Assembly: GCA_050230475.1 (NCBI GenBank)
Contig: JBFLGF010000072.1
Span: 1 to 64,000 of the forward strand
Length of the DNA stretch: 64,000 nucleotides
Source: Ancylonema sp.
Lineage: Eukaryota
Reading direction: 5' to 3'
Below the pieces are notes generated by a model that had not been told where the DNA came from, made no database searches, and saw only the letters and a program-made list of their open reading frames with translations. Below are positions 39,549 to 52,100 of this stretch, in pieces. The position numbers were made by a program, and so were the translations under genes. Position 1 is the stretch's first letter. Every line of letters starts with the position of its first letter.

Positions 39549-39923
39549 GCTGAATCCAAGCAACTCATAAAATCCGTGCCGCGGGAATTTTATGCCGCGG
39601 GGATGAGCCTGGCGGTATCGGGGACCAGCGAGTAACACTACAGAATACTGCATGACCGTTACGCGGGAAAATTCGAACACTGATGAGAAGTCCTAATCAA
39701 CAACTGCGTTCCTTTCTGTGAACCGTCCAGCTCCGTGACCTGTCCCGGGAACAGGAAGCGGACCTGTGTACACATAACGTGCAGGATGCTGGGAATCAAC
39801 AATGATGTGTCCGACACATTACATTTCTGGGGCGAATTCGTGATGAGATCAGAAGTATTTCCAAGCTGCCTTTAAAGCACGTTATCCTACTACTGGCCCA
39901 CTACTGCCCTAGCTATAGTGACC

Positions 39924-42900
39924 ATGGCCACCGAATCCAAGATTTCGGTGTCTATACGTGTAAGACCTCTAAACTCAAAGGAAAAAGCGAGCGGATCCGG
40001 AACATGGAACGTGGAGGACAAACGAATATCGCTCTGTAATCATGCCGGAGCCCCCGTTCCGGGCCAAGTGTACACATTTGGTGAGTGCAATCGTACTGAA
40101 ATAGGTCGGAGTTCGATTGTAGTTCAAAATAACACGCTGCCTGCGGTGTCACCTGACTCCCAATACATCCGCTGTGTGAGATGACCGAGAATTGCAAATG
40201 AAATTCATAAATGGCTGCTCAATATATGCGTGAGGTGTCTTTCCGCAGACCATGTGTTTGGGGGGCACCAGTCGACTCTCGACCTGTACTTGACGCATAC
40301 AAAAGAAGTCATTGGCTCCACTGTCAACGGCTTCAATGGTGAGCTCCAGAACCGAATGCAGCACCCAGATTACGGAGTAGAATAGGGATACGGGTGCGCA
40401 AGCTGTACAGCAAAGTGCTGTGCGCCGAGCGTAAAGATTTTGGCAGACTCAGGATTCCGGACGCCCTCCGGAGGACATTGGGGTAGATGAACGTGAGGCT
40501 GATGGGGAGACGGTAGCACGTCCTTTTCAGGCACTATTTTCGCGTACGGCCAGACCTCCAGCGGGAAAACTCACACCATGACGGGCACTGCCGAGGAGCG
40601 GGGAATCATCCCCCTGGCAGTCCACGAAATTTTCCAGAGAATGCGACAGGTAGACATGCTGCGCTGCTGCTGGTGGGGCTGCAGCAAGTATGTAGGGCGG
40701 GACGTGACCCTTACTGGGCGTCTCTATCACAGTGTACGGAACGAGAGTTTCTGCTGCGCGTTTCGTACATGGAGATTTACAACGAAGATATCAACGACCT
40801 CCTGGCCCCCGACAGCAAGAAACTCCAGATCCACGAAAACATTGAGGTGAGATGACCTCCCGTTATTTTCCGACAAGGCGGTTAACGGTTAGCGGTTGGA
40901 TGTCAATGGTTAACGATTATGCTCATTTTGGGTTTGCAGCGCGGCATCTTTGTCGCGGGGCTCTGCGAGGAAATTGTGGACTCCCCCGACCAGGTCCTAG
41001 CTCTCATGGAAGTAGGCCAAGGTCACCCATCCTGAACCCTGACCCCTGACCCCTGACCCCTGCCTCCTTATCGCCCCCATCTCACCCCTATGGTTCTTGT
41101 TTGGTTCCCAGGCCACCGCCACGTGGGCGAGACGAACATGAACGCCGTCTCCTCCCGCTCCCACACCATCTTCCGCATGGTCATAGAGTGTAGGGACAAA
41201 ACGCTGGATGTGGTGGGCGGGGGCGGGGGCGCGGAGCTGACACTGGAGTCGGTGCGCGTCTCCACACTGGTGAGGACAACAGGGAAGGGCATGGGGGGGC
41301 TGGGGAGGCGCAGGTGGTTGGGGGTCTGACGTGGGCCAGGGGAGGGGGTGGGGATGATGTCAGCATCTGGTGGACTTGGCGGGTTCGGAACGTGTATCGA
41401 AAACCGGATCCGAGGGCGCCCGCCGCAAGGAGGGCGGTCACATCAACAAGAGTCTCATGACTCTTGGGATTGTGATCCACAAACTGAGTGACGGTGCGGA
41501 GGTTGTTGGCAGTCACGTACCGTACCGCGACAGCAAGCTCACGCGCATACTGCAGCCCGCCCCGGGGGGGAACGCGAAGACCGCCATCATCTGCGGCGTC
41601 ACGCCCGCCGCCATCCACGCGGACGAGACACGTGGCACGCTCCAGTTCGCCAGCCGCGCCAAGAAGGTGACCAACTGCGTGTGCGTGAACGAGATCACCA
41701 ACGACGCGGCGCTGTTGAAGAGACAGAAGAGGGAGATCGAGGAGCTCCGTCTCCGTCTTGAGAAGAACCACTCGCCCTACCTCGAGCAGGAGCTGCTCAA
41801 CCTGCGAAACGCACTCCTGAAGGTGGAGCTGGAGAAGGAGGGGATGGTGGTGGAGCAGGCGGAGAGGGAGAGGTGTATCCGCGACCAGGAGCAGAAGATT
41901 GCTTCTCTCAGCAGTATGGTGGTGAGGCAAGCGGTGGACGACAGGGACATGAGGGGGAGCCGGCGAGAGACGTGGGCCCCACCGCGGGTGGCAGCCCCAA
42001 CCAACGAGGGCGGCAGGACCCACCTCCTTTTCTGCCCGCTGCCAGAGGAGGGGCCAGCCCCTCCGTCCCCCACCCCAGCGCATCGCCCCCCTTCCCCCCC
42101 CCCCCTCCTCCCTGTTTCCCTTCAGCTTCGCCAGCTGGCAGCGGAGAACGAGCGTCTCAAGGAGCAGCTGGCGGCAGAGGGTCGGCAGAAGGAGAGGCTG
42201 GAGGCGGAGGTACAGCTGTGGGAGGCGGAGGAGGTGGGGGGGGCGGCGGAGAGGAGGGCCAAGAGTCTGGGTGGGGGGGGGATGACGTCAGCAGTGGCGG
42301 ATCTGAAGGAACGCGTCCGCATGCTTGAGGTGGAGAAGGCGCTCATGCAGCAGGAGGTGGATGACGTGGCAGAGCAAGCACGGCAGCAGGCGGGGATGGA
42401 CGGGAGGGAGGTGAAGGAGGCGGTGGCGGCGGTGGAGGAGGAGAGGGGGAGGAGGAGGGAGGTGGAGGAGAGGTTGAAGGAGGCTGGGAGGGACAAGGGG
42501 GAGCTGCTGCAGGAGGTGCAGGGGCTGGCAAACAAGCTGGCGGAGACCATGGCGGCGTTGGCGGGGGCGGGGGCGGAGAGCTCGGCTGGGGCGAGGCAGA
42601 GGGGGAAGGAGAGCACGGAAGAGCAGCTACAACTACAGCAACAGCTACAGCAACAGCTACAGCAACAGCTACAGCAGCAACAACAGTTACATGACCAGCA
42701 GCAGCATCAGCTACAGGTGCAGATTGCATCCCAGCAGGTGCAGCTGGAGCAGAGGGCGCGCCAGGTGGCGCTGCTGGAGGAAAGGGGACAGGAGGCAATG
42801 GTACAGCTGGCAGAGGAACGGGAAGAGAGGGAAGCACAGGTGGCACGTCTGACTGCCCACGTGGCGGCTCTGGAGCGTGAGGAAGCAGAGCAGGGGGCCA

Positions 42901-44810
42901 TGGTGAGTAGGAAGGTGATGAACACAGAGCGGTGTCAACCAACCAGGGAGGAGGATCCTCACCCGTGGTGCATGGTGGGGGGTGGGTGGCAGGCGACTCT
43001 GGCGGAGCGTGTGCTGCAGATGGAGGGGCTGCTGGAGGCGGAGAGGGCCGCTTGTGGTAAGGCGGAGTCCGCCCGTGGTCACCACATGCACGAGGTCACC
43101 GCACTGAGGGCGGAACTGGCAGGACTGAGGAAAGAGGTGGCGGGTGCCAAGGCTGCACCCGCTGCGCTGGAGAAAGAGAGGGACGCACTGGCCAGGGAGG
43201 GGGAGAAGAAGCAAAATAAGATCAAGGAGGTCGAAGCCAAGCTGAAGACGGCACTGCAGGAGAAGAGCGCGGCGCAGGTAGGGGGAAGGAGGAGGAGCTG
43301 GGGAGGAAGCTAGGGTGGCAGGGGGGGGGGGGGGGGTGAAGGTTGACAGCGTCATGTGTGGTTGGTGGCGTTTTTTGAGGGGGAGAGGGCGAAGATGGAT
43401 CAGGAGCTTCGTCGTCTTCGTGGTCAGTCCAGTCAGCTGAGTCGAAGGGAGTCGGTGGCAGAGCGGAGGCGCGAATCCATGGCTGCCGGTCTGTCCCGTG
43501 CCAAGGGGCAGGCAGTGAGCACGGAGCAGCTTCACCACAAGTCGGTCGAGTTGGAGAAGATGGCGTTCGATCTGGAGGTGTTGCAGGAGGCGTTCGAGAA
43601 GCTTCAGGGGACTGCGCAGGTGGGGGAGGCGGTGAGGGAGGGGCTGGAGAAGAGGGTGGAGGAGGGGGAGAGGGCGGTCCAGGCTGGGCTCCTTGAGCGG
43701 GATCATTTGATGGCCATGGTGGAGGAGGGGCGGGCGCACGTGGGCGGGTTGGAACAGCAAGTGAGGGAGATGGTGGAGGAAGTACGCGCGCAGCAGGCAC
43801 GACTGGGACAAGTTCAGGGGAGGTGGGAGGAGGCCAGCGCTCAGGTCGCGCGGTTGGGGGCTGTGGAAGCCGAGGTGGCGCAGGTGCGTGATCAGCTGAC
43901 GGAGGCTCATCTGGAGTTCGAGAGCCAGAGGGCGGCTTGGGCGGCGGAGTTGAGGGCGGAGCAGGCGCGGATGCAGGCGTGTTTGGCGGAGGAGAAGGCG
44001 CTTCAGCACCAGCTGGCAGCGCGGTTGGCAGCGGGGGAGGCTGGTAGGGCACGGGAGAGGGTGGAGGCGGAGGAGGAGAGGGTGAAGGCGGTCTGTGTGT
44101 TGGAGGGGAGGGTGGACCTCTTGAGTGAACAGCTGGAGGAGGCGCAGGAGAGGGAGGAGAGGGAGGAGGAGTTGATGCGGTTGAGTAGGGAGAGTCGGGT
44201 GATTGAAGTGGAGGAGGCGCTGAGGATGATGAAGAGGAAACTGGAGAAGGCGGAGACGCAGCTGCATTTGGCAGAGGGGAGGGGGAGGGTGGGGGGGAGG
44301 GCTGGGAGGCAGGGAGGGCAGCCCCAACTGCCTTCCCCTATGAGATGCCCGCAGTGCGCAGCACAGGGGGCGGATAAGATGCGGCAAGGAGACGTATCAG
44401 CGCTCAAGGTGAGGGAAGGGGCGGGGGAGGGGTGGGGAGGGAGGGGTGGTAGGCGCGATCTAATGGGGTGGTTGGGGACGGGGGCCCAGACGAAATTAAT
44501 TAATTTGGAGGCGCGTAGAGTGCGTGAGACGGCTGCCCTTAGCACCGACCTCCATGCAGCAAGACAGGAGATTGTGAGAGAGAGGGGGAAGCACAAGGAG
44601 GTAGGAAAGGAGATGGCGTCATCAGAGGTTGCGCTGAAGAGGGTGCAAGGGGAGAGGAGGGTGGTTCCGATGGGTATGTGGAACCCAAATAGTGAACAAG
44701 AGTGGAGTAGGAATGTCCCTTCACTGAGGCGGGAAGAGGGGGGGGGGCGGGGGCGGCTATGGGAGAGTTCGGGAAATGAGAAAAGGATCGCAGTGTTGGA
44801 GGACCCGTGA
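39924..44810 (+). CDS. Kinesin-7 / CENP-E-like protein: N-terminal motor domain and long coiled-coil tail
   Basis: [32 protein letters not shown] (P-loop), [74 protein letters not shown] motif, then a Glu/Gln-rich coiled coil. The tail exon boundaries are approximate. Confidence 0.92.
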
Positions 44811-45234
44811 GGAAGGAGAAGCGGATTGTTGGTAGAGGGGGAAGGGCAGAGGAAAGTGGATAGTTTTGGTATTAGTTCTTTTCGGTGTGAATGGACAGTT
44901 GTGGTGCTTCCAGATGGAAGGTGTCCCTCGCCTTACGGGCAGCGAGGAATAGGATGTGCAGTAGACATGTAGGGCATCGGTTGTAGGCAGCAAGGGTAGA
45001 ATGTAGAATGGGGTTGACGTGCATGGAAATGTCAACAATATAGATTTGCAACGGCAAAATCACCAAGGGGATTGTGCAAGAAAATACTTGCAAAAAAAAA
45101 TCGCTGACTCAACAAGTTACAATGACCATTGGGTTCAAGCATCCAAAATTGAAACTAGTGGAAAGGTAGTTTATGTACAAATGCTGCGCATCACAGTCCT
45201 CATCCCACATCCCTTAGACGCTAGATGCTATCCA

Positions 45235-47550
45235 CTAGTTCACAAGTGCGTTCGAAACAGCATGTGCGCCAATCCTCTCTCTCCCGTGTGGTTTGAGTAA
45301 CTCAGTTGAGGTGGACCCATGAGGAAGTAGGGGACTGATGCCTCCCGGATTCAACGGGAACAGCGTGCCAAAATACCCCTCCACAATCGCCTTCATATCA
45401 CAAGTGCGGGACACCCCTGGGATCTGTGCACATTTTAAAACAAACGCGAATCCAGGTATGATGAGAGGAATGTAGTAGTGATGCGAATGATAAATCAATC
45501 TTCAGCATCCCACAGCCACAAAGCTATAACCGACGGTCATGTTGCAACGGTTGAGATGAACATACTCCACAATTCAGGAACAATTCAGATTCGGGTACCT
45601 CAGACTTCTGACAACCCTCAGTGGTCGAGTGCTTTACCTGGTACATATCCCGCAGGTACCCTCCCAAGTGCTCATATTCGCAGATTTTGGAGCGACAGCA
45701 CTTGAACAGAACGTGATACGCGGAATCAAAACGGTAGAGGGTGGTGAAGAGACGGATATCCGCCAGACTCAGGTGGGCCCCACACAAGTAACGATGAGAT
45801 GCCAGGTGGCGATCAATGGAGTCCAGGGTGGCAAAGAGGGCCTCCGCCGCTTCCACATAAGCGCTCTGAGATGTTGCGAATCCGCACTTGTACACCCCGT
45901 TGTTCACCCCCTCGTAAACCACAGAGTTCCACACATCCATCTCAGCCACTGTGGAGGGGGAAGCCAAGTCGAGGTCCGGCCGCTCCGCCCATTCATTAAA
46001 GGCGGAGTTGAGTATTTGTATCATGTCGGCGCTCTCGTTGTTCACCACAGATCTGCGCCGCCATATAACCAAACAGCCATGAGTCCCTGTGGGGTGGGCA
46101 GGGGACGGAGAGGTTGAGTTTTGACCTTGTTTTTGAATCCCACAGCATTGGGAGGGTGCACCGGCCGTCGTATCCCCCGACCTGAGCCGCGTACACTTCG
46201 CGGACAGAAGTGCATCCGTTCCAGAGCTCCTCGGAGGGCATCACCTGTTCCTCCCCGCCCTTTGCGCCCCTGGGGCGGAACTCCCACAGCCCGCCCTCCC
46301 CCGGCACCGCCACGCAGAGGGGAACCGCCCGCCCAAGGCCCTTGAGTTGGAAAAAAGGGGACAAAACATGTCGTTTTTATGATCATCCCATCGTGATTTT
46401 GTATAATCACATGGTCAGTGTACTTGTATTTATCATGGCTGTGATTTCATCTCGGTATGTCATCTCTCGTGCACTTCCTAATATGGGAAGGTTTTTATGG
46501 AACAATTATTATATTATTGAGTGCTAGTAAATTGCGGTATCACTCTTTCATTATCTTTCACGCTATCAAAAGTCACAATGGAAGGCAACATAGAAAGCAA
46601 TCATTTCGCCTTCACTTTAATACAGAAGTGCGAGGACCAAATGTATTCGTACAGTAAAATACACAGGCCCTATGTCAAGAAAATATGGTGGGTATAATCA
46701 GTGTATAAATATTCACACTTCAGTAGATTTGAATTGGTGTATAAATTACATATGTAGATGGAGTATATCAGTAATGGTCATAGTTTAGCCTTAATTACTC
46801 TTTTACTAACCTTCAAGGAGTGCACAAGCAGTGTGCGATGCGCCCATGGGCACGACAGCGCAGCATACAGGAAGTACCGCCCTGCATCCGGGGGAAACCG
46901 ACCCCCGGGCTCGATCCTGTGGCGGAACGCGCTATCGGGGCGGGTATACTGGCCCCTGGATGACCGAGGAGCCAGTTGCGACATCATGACATTCCAAAGC
47001 CCCCCCCATACCCCCCTGGCAACCTAAGCAGGCCACAGGAAGAAGGGGGTCGTAAGACGATGAAGTCCCGCCACGTGGCGTCACAGGCAGCAGGAGCCGG
47101 CGCCTACTTGCACCAGCGCTCCGGGTGGAAGACCCTTGCCCCAAAGGCTTGTGGAGGCCAGTTTTATGAAGTCCTCAAAAGGTTGGCCTGTATCCTCCCT
47201 TCATACCCAACGTATGAAAATCATGAGGCTAGAACAGAGAAGGCCCCTTTGAGACGAACGTTTTCAGAAATATCGCGGCCATTCCCATAGACAAGCCTGC
47301 AGGACATTGGCCTCGGTTATGACGCTCATGACTGCACTCACTGAGTTGCCTTCGCGGTCGTCACAGAAATTCTCTGGCGCGCACCATTGCTTCTATGCGC
47401 AGGCCACGGCTGCAAGTGCCATTGGATGGGGCTTGCACCACCGAAAAGTGAGGTGCGGGAGCTGGCGAGGATTATGGCAGAATCACAACGATCCAGAGTA
47501 CGTCCCAAATCAGCTTTTGCGAAAGGCAAAGCCACAGAAGTGCTTGCCAT
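45235..47550 (-). CDS. Glutathionyl-hydroquinone reductase (GST Xi class, YqjG/ECM4-like) with putative plastid transit peptide
   Basis: LWGKGLPPGALVQ|VARGVWGGLWNVMMSQLAP, RYFLYAALSCPWAHRTL (CPWA active site), YDGRCTLPMLWD, VVNNESADMI, VNNGVYKCGFA, ADIRLFTTLYRFD, PLNPGGI. ATG at 47550 is inferred. Confidence 0.92.
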
Positions 47551-47782
47551 AGCCTTCGAAGGAATGTGGGCTGGGGGACTCCGCGATTCTAACTGACGAA
47601 GCCTGCATTTCCGAACTAGTATGTCTGGTTCCTGTGCTCGTCGGGGTGAACTCTTCAGTAAAGCAAACCCTTGATACAGTGATACTCGATATAGTGACAA
47701 TCACGATATAGTGACATTTTTTCTGTCCTTTTTCTAATCCTGTATAAAACCCACTCGATATAGTGACAATCGCTATAGTGAC

Positions 47783-48123
47783 TAGGGTTGTGGAATTACC
47801 GTAATTGGGATTTGGCCCGCGTAATTACCGTGTGAAATTACGCTTTTACGCGTAAACCGCGTGAACCGTAATTTTGGAAGAGTCACATTACTAGCGTTGT
47901 GAAATTACCGATTACACCTTACACTTACACTCGTACGTAAAGTGTAACGTAACGTAAAACGTAAAAATACACGTAATTTTTACGTTTCACGCACAATTGG
48001 TAAAATACACGTTACAGAGCCAAAATTCCCGGTAAACGTACTATCTGGTAAATTTCAGTAATATGAATTAATAAATATTAATTTATACAATAAATAATAA
48101 ATATATAGATATGAATGTATATT

Positions 48124-48154
<31 letters not shown>

Positions 48155-48955
48155 CTTGGGTTTTCTTAATCTTTGTCTTTAGTCAGACTCCATGAATACG
48201 AATGTATAATGAATGGCTTCGATGGAGTCGAACCTCATAGAATGTGACGGCTGGCGAAACGTCATTTGTCAATTTAAGGTCGATTTTATCCTCACAATCG
48301 TCATTTACGGTAAAGACGTGCTTAAATATCTTACCCGTAATTACCATTTACCAAGGAAAGTAACGAAATTACCGGTAAGTGTAATTTACACATGTCATAC
48401 ACTTCACGTTTCGATTGTCCGTAATTTACCACAAAAAAAAAGACGTCATTCATACGTTACGCGTTAAAAACGGTAATTACTACAGTCCAACCCAAATACC
48501 GTAATTTCACAACGCTTCACATTACGCTCGGCCATCTTAGACACGAAGCTTCGGCGAAATGTCGATATAAAGCCGGGATTTCCATTGTCACACGTGTGGA
48601 AACCAATAATCACGTACGGAATCGTCCAATTTCTATGATCGCACGTATTTACTCACAAGTACTACCGTACATTAAAACAAAAAAATGTACGGAAAGGTAC
48701 ATTTGTCCTTCACCTAGCATGTGTTTGTACAACATACGCTCGATATATGAGAATTATTGTATATAATGTGTACGGTTATGTACGGTATGTGTACGATTAC
48801 ACTTACAATTACGCTTTTGCCAAAGTGACGGCGATTCCGGGCCCGTCATGACCAAAAGTAGTGAATCGTTGTAATTCGTAACGTTACCGAGGGTGTGCGT
48901 AATTACGCGTCAAAATGACGCGTAATCTACCGTCACGGTAACGTTCACAACCCTA
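47783..48955. mobile_element. hAT-like non-autonomous element
   Basis: TIR TAGGGTTGTG...CACAACCCTA. 8-bp TSD ATAGTGAC at 47775-82 and 48956-63. TTACG/CGTAA subterminal motifs. Confidence 0.92.
47892..48517. mobile_element. Related hAT-like MITE nested inside 47783-48955
   Basis: TIR TAGCGTTGTGAAATTAC...GTAATTTCACAACGCT(T). 8-bp TSD CACATTAC at 47884-91 and 48518-25. Confidence 0.88.
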
Positions 48956-49430
48956 ATAGTGACACATATTAAAGTGACCAAATTTTCCCAGATTGTACTA
49001 TTGAGATGTCACTATAGAGTGAAACGTGTCTAAATTAACGTTGTGAAAATTAAGAACCTCCCAAATCTAATGGACTGTAAATTAGTAATAAATTACTAAA
49101 TTAATAACATGTCTGAATTAATATTTTATACGTGTCCTGGCATTATTACTTCAAAGAGGATTTATAGTAGGGAATTGTTATTAGAACAAACGCCATATAG
49201 ATGACCTACCTTCTTCAATAAAAATCTATGCGCACCCGATCTGGTTGCTCAAAATAACCTAAAATGAAATTTCCTTCGATATAGTGACATTGGCTCAATG
49301 TCGCCCTATCAAATGTTACTATATAGTGTATAGTGACACCCCTGGAATTCGATATAGTGACATTATTTTCCATTGTCTATAAAATTGTCACTATGTCAAG
49401 GGTTTTCTATAAGTAGGACGCAGTTCAAGT

Positions 49431-49960
49431 CATAGTTGGCTCCGCCCCGCAAATTCCGCCCCGCTTTTCGCCCCGGGCGGCGCCCTCGGCGGAAAATTTT
49501 CGCCCGGGGCGGGGCCATATAGGTTTTGAAGGTTTTTTGTAAGAGGACCCCAAGACCACGTATATCATGTACATCTTTTACAAATTTTAATCTACTAAGT
49601 ATTCGAGATTTTATGACACTAGTACGCGTGCCATCTTTACGCGTGTAATATTCTTTTGTATACCTCAGGTTGTATTTTTTTGTTTTTTTATTTCTATCGC
49701 ATTATACCACGCCACGCCACGGAGTCGGACTTATGGATGACACTAGATGATGTCGGACGTGTGGCGTATGGTGCACATTGTGCAAGAAGTCGGTTTTGAA
49801 CAAAGCCAACCATATCTCCGCGTTGCGGCATTTTTTTTGGTTTGGTATTTAGGCCTATGGCTCCGTCCCTCAAATTCCGCCCCACTTTTTGTCCCGGGCG
49901 GACCCGCTCCGTTCGGCGCTCCGGTCGAAAAAAAATTCGCCCCATGCGTGGTCAACTGCG
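49431..49960. mobile_element. P-like MITE (CATAG terminus)
   Basis: 8-bp TSD GTTCAAGT at 49423-30 and 49961-68. Degenerate TIR CATAGTTGGCTCCGC vs reverse complement CGCAGTTGACCACGC. A GC-rich block (TGGCTCCG...AAATTCCGCCCC...) is repeated at both ends. Confidence 0.7.
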
Positions 49961-50856
49961 GTTCAAGTCGAGGTCATCCCAACTGCGTTGGTTAGCGGGT
50001 GGGATGGCGGACGGCAGGGGGGGAATCGGCTTTCATCATTTGGGGTTGTTACCTCCGCGCCAACCGCGCGGCGGCCAACCGCGCAATCGCGCGGTGGCCA
50101 GCCCCGAGCGCGCTTATATAGGTAAGGGACATGCTCCGGGGAGACTACCTCCTAACTATGTAGAGACTACCCGTAATGGCGAGAAAACGTCAAAAGTCAA
50201 AAGTTCGTTGTACACAGGGCCCAAGGCCGTCCAAACCGCAATTTTTGTTATGCGCGGCGTTAGGGATATTGATGGCCTCAGCTGCTACAGTCCTAAAGCG
50301 TTGGTGTCACCATTTCGCCGTAGATTGCCAGCGCTGCCTTCTTGCTACTGTCATGCAACCCAATAGTTGTGATGATGCTTTTGAGCGGTGTACTGCAGTG
50401 TGCGGCCGGTTGTGAGCGTAGCTACGATCCCTTACTGTCTTAACACATGTTGCGCTTGGTCCTTATTTGCGTCTCATTTTCGCAGAAGTCAAGCACGACA
50501 AGAACCGTCATGATGAGATAGAAGCAAAGGTTGTCGTGGATAATTCGATACAGGCTTCTCCTGGCGGAATGCCCATGAAAAAAAAAAAACACGTTTTTTT
50601 TTTTTTTTCATTTTTTTTTTCCTGAAAACAAATTTTTCGCACGTGCAAATTTTGCAAGTGCGAATCCGATACTTGTCCCGCACGTAAGAATTTGATACGG
50701 AAAGAGGAAACGATCCCAGTATCGATACGGATCCCGCACGTGCGAGTGTCCGATGCGGTCGTTTCCGATTTCACGATGCTAGCATTTCACATTGAATGAG
50801 TGTAATTTGTGAGTGCTTCGCAACCTAGGAGGAACTACTGCTACATATACAGGAGC

Positions 50857-51184
50857 TTAGTTATGGGCCATCCGAGGAGGGCAGAGGCGGTGTTCTCTTG
50901 ATATGACATATGAAACAACTCGAACACGTCGTAGAGAATTTGGGGTGTCGTTCATGAGGTTTCTAGATTTTTCTCGATTTCCATACATCGTTATCTGCGA
51001 GCAATAGAGTTATATACACAGTATAACGACATTTAGTAACAAATTTCTGAAATAATATGTCGTATAGAGTGTCGTTATGCTTATATCGAGGGCGATTTCA
51101 TATTGATTTTAAAAAAGTTCCAAAAATCTGTCGTTATATCGAGGTTGTCGTTATAAAGAGGTTCGTTATATCGAGGGGGAACTG
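50857..51184. mobile_element. pogo-like MITE, family B copy 3 (left part missing)
   Basis: Homologous to the right half of 34528-35155. Ends TCGTTATATCGAGGGGGAACTG followed by TA. Confidence 0.85.
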
Positions 51185-52100
51185 TATATCTATAAGTAGA
51201 TATGTTTTTACACGAATTGCAGTCATCCACGTGCAAGATAGAGAAGTTGTACGTCAGTTTCTGCAAAGTAATAACCAATCACAGGTTACGGATAGGATAG
51301 ACTGATTTTTGACGGGAAAATTAGCCAATGACTCCATTTACCCGATCTTCGGACTCCACAGACAACGACCAGCCCTCCTACGTGTCAACCTCATGAAGAC
51401 TGGAGTAGTTTTACGGATTTTCATTGGGCTGAGCTGGCTAATGAGATTATCCAAGTGCGCGATTCTCGGATGCAAAAAGATAGATTACGGTGCTTTTCGC
51501 TGACTGGTCTTTGGCTGAACTCACCACGTCGGATTCGAGGATCGGATATGACACTAATCTGTTGCATCATTTCCACGTGGTAAACTTTTACACATATGAG
51601 GCAAATCTTGTCTGAAATGTTTAAACATGGACTATTCTGCCCGGCAACTGGAAGCCGTGGATCGAGAATGGTACTCTCTAATCGGGAAATAAAATGCACT
51701 CGATTTTCTGCCCGACCTGCCCGACCTGCCCTGACTTTGTTGACCGGGGAAATTACCAGAAAAAAATCAGTCACGCGGGAAGGGGAGCCCCTCAGCGCAG
51801 GCACCACTCTATGCGACTTGAGTCTTCTGCACATCCTGCAGCTGACGCGCCCTCTCTGCCGGAGTAGACGGTTGCTATCGCTGGAAAAGTAGTTTCCTGG
51901 GAAGGTCAGAAATGATAAGCTAAGATGTATGACCCATTTGGTCTTGCCACCGCGTTTCGAAGTAGATGAGCTGGCCTTCCTGCGCATTGATGGAGCTGAG
52001 TATGCACGGTAATGCATGGGTATCAGTTGGATAAGTTTTCACTGTGGCTGGACTCGCAACGGCCGTTACCACGGCCGTAGCGGAGCGGGGAACGGTCTGG

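Larger units (their letters stand above)
47661..49409. mobile_element. pogo-like MITE, family A copy 2 (inverted relative to copy 1; interrupted by nested hAT elements)
   Basis: Reverse-complement homology to 21214-21770. Degenerate TIRs AAACCCTTGATACAGTGA / TCACTATGTCAAGGGTTT. TA on both flanks. Confidence 0.8.

Noticed and set aside
41555..41575. LQPAPGGN instead of the conserved LQPALGGN in the kinesin motor as a sign of pseudogenisation
   Set aside because: A single-base difference next to a C/G run, likely a sequencing error or polymorphism; all catalytic motifs are intact.
42122..44596. Long antisense ORFs (e.g. 558 aa at 42711-44387)
   Set aside because: Shadow frames of the GC-rich coiled-coil exons of the kinesin; no recognisable motifs.
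50509..50778. CATGATGAGATA ... GATTTCACGATG as a complete P-like element
   Set aside because: Only 8/12 TIR match and the flanks (AGAACCGT vs CTAGCATT) give no TSD; at most one genuine end.
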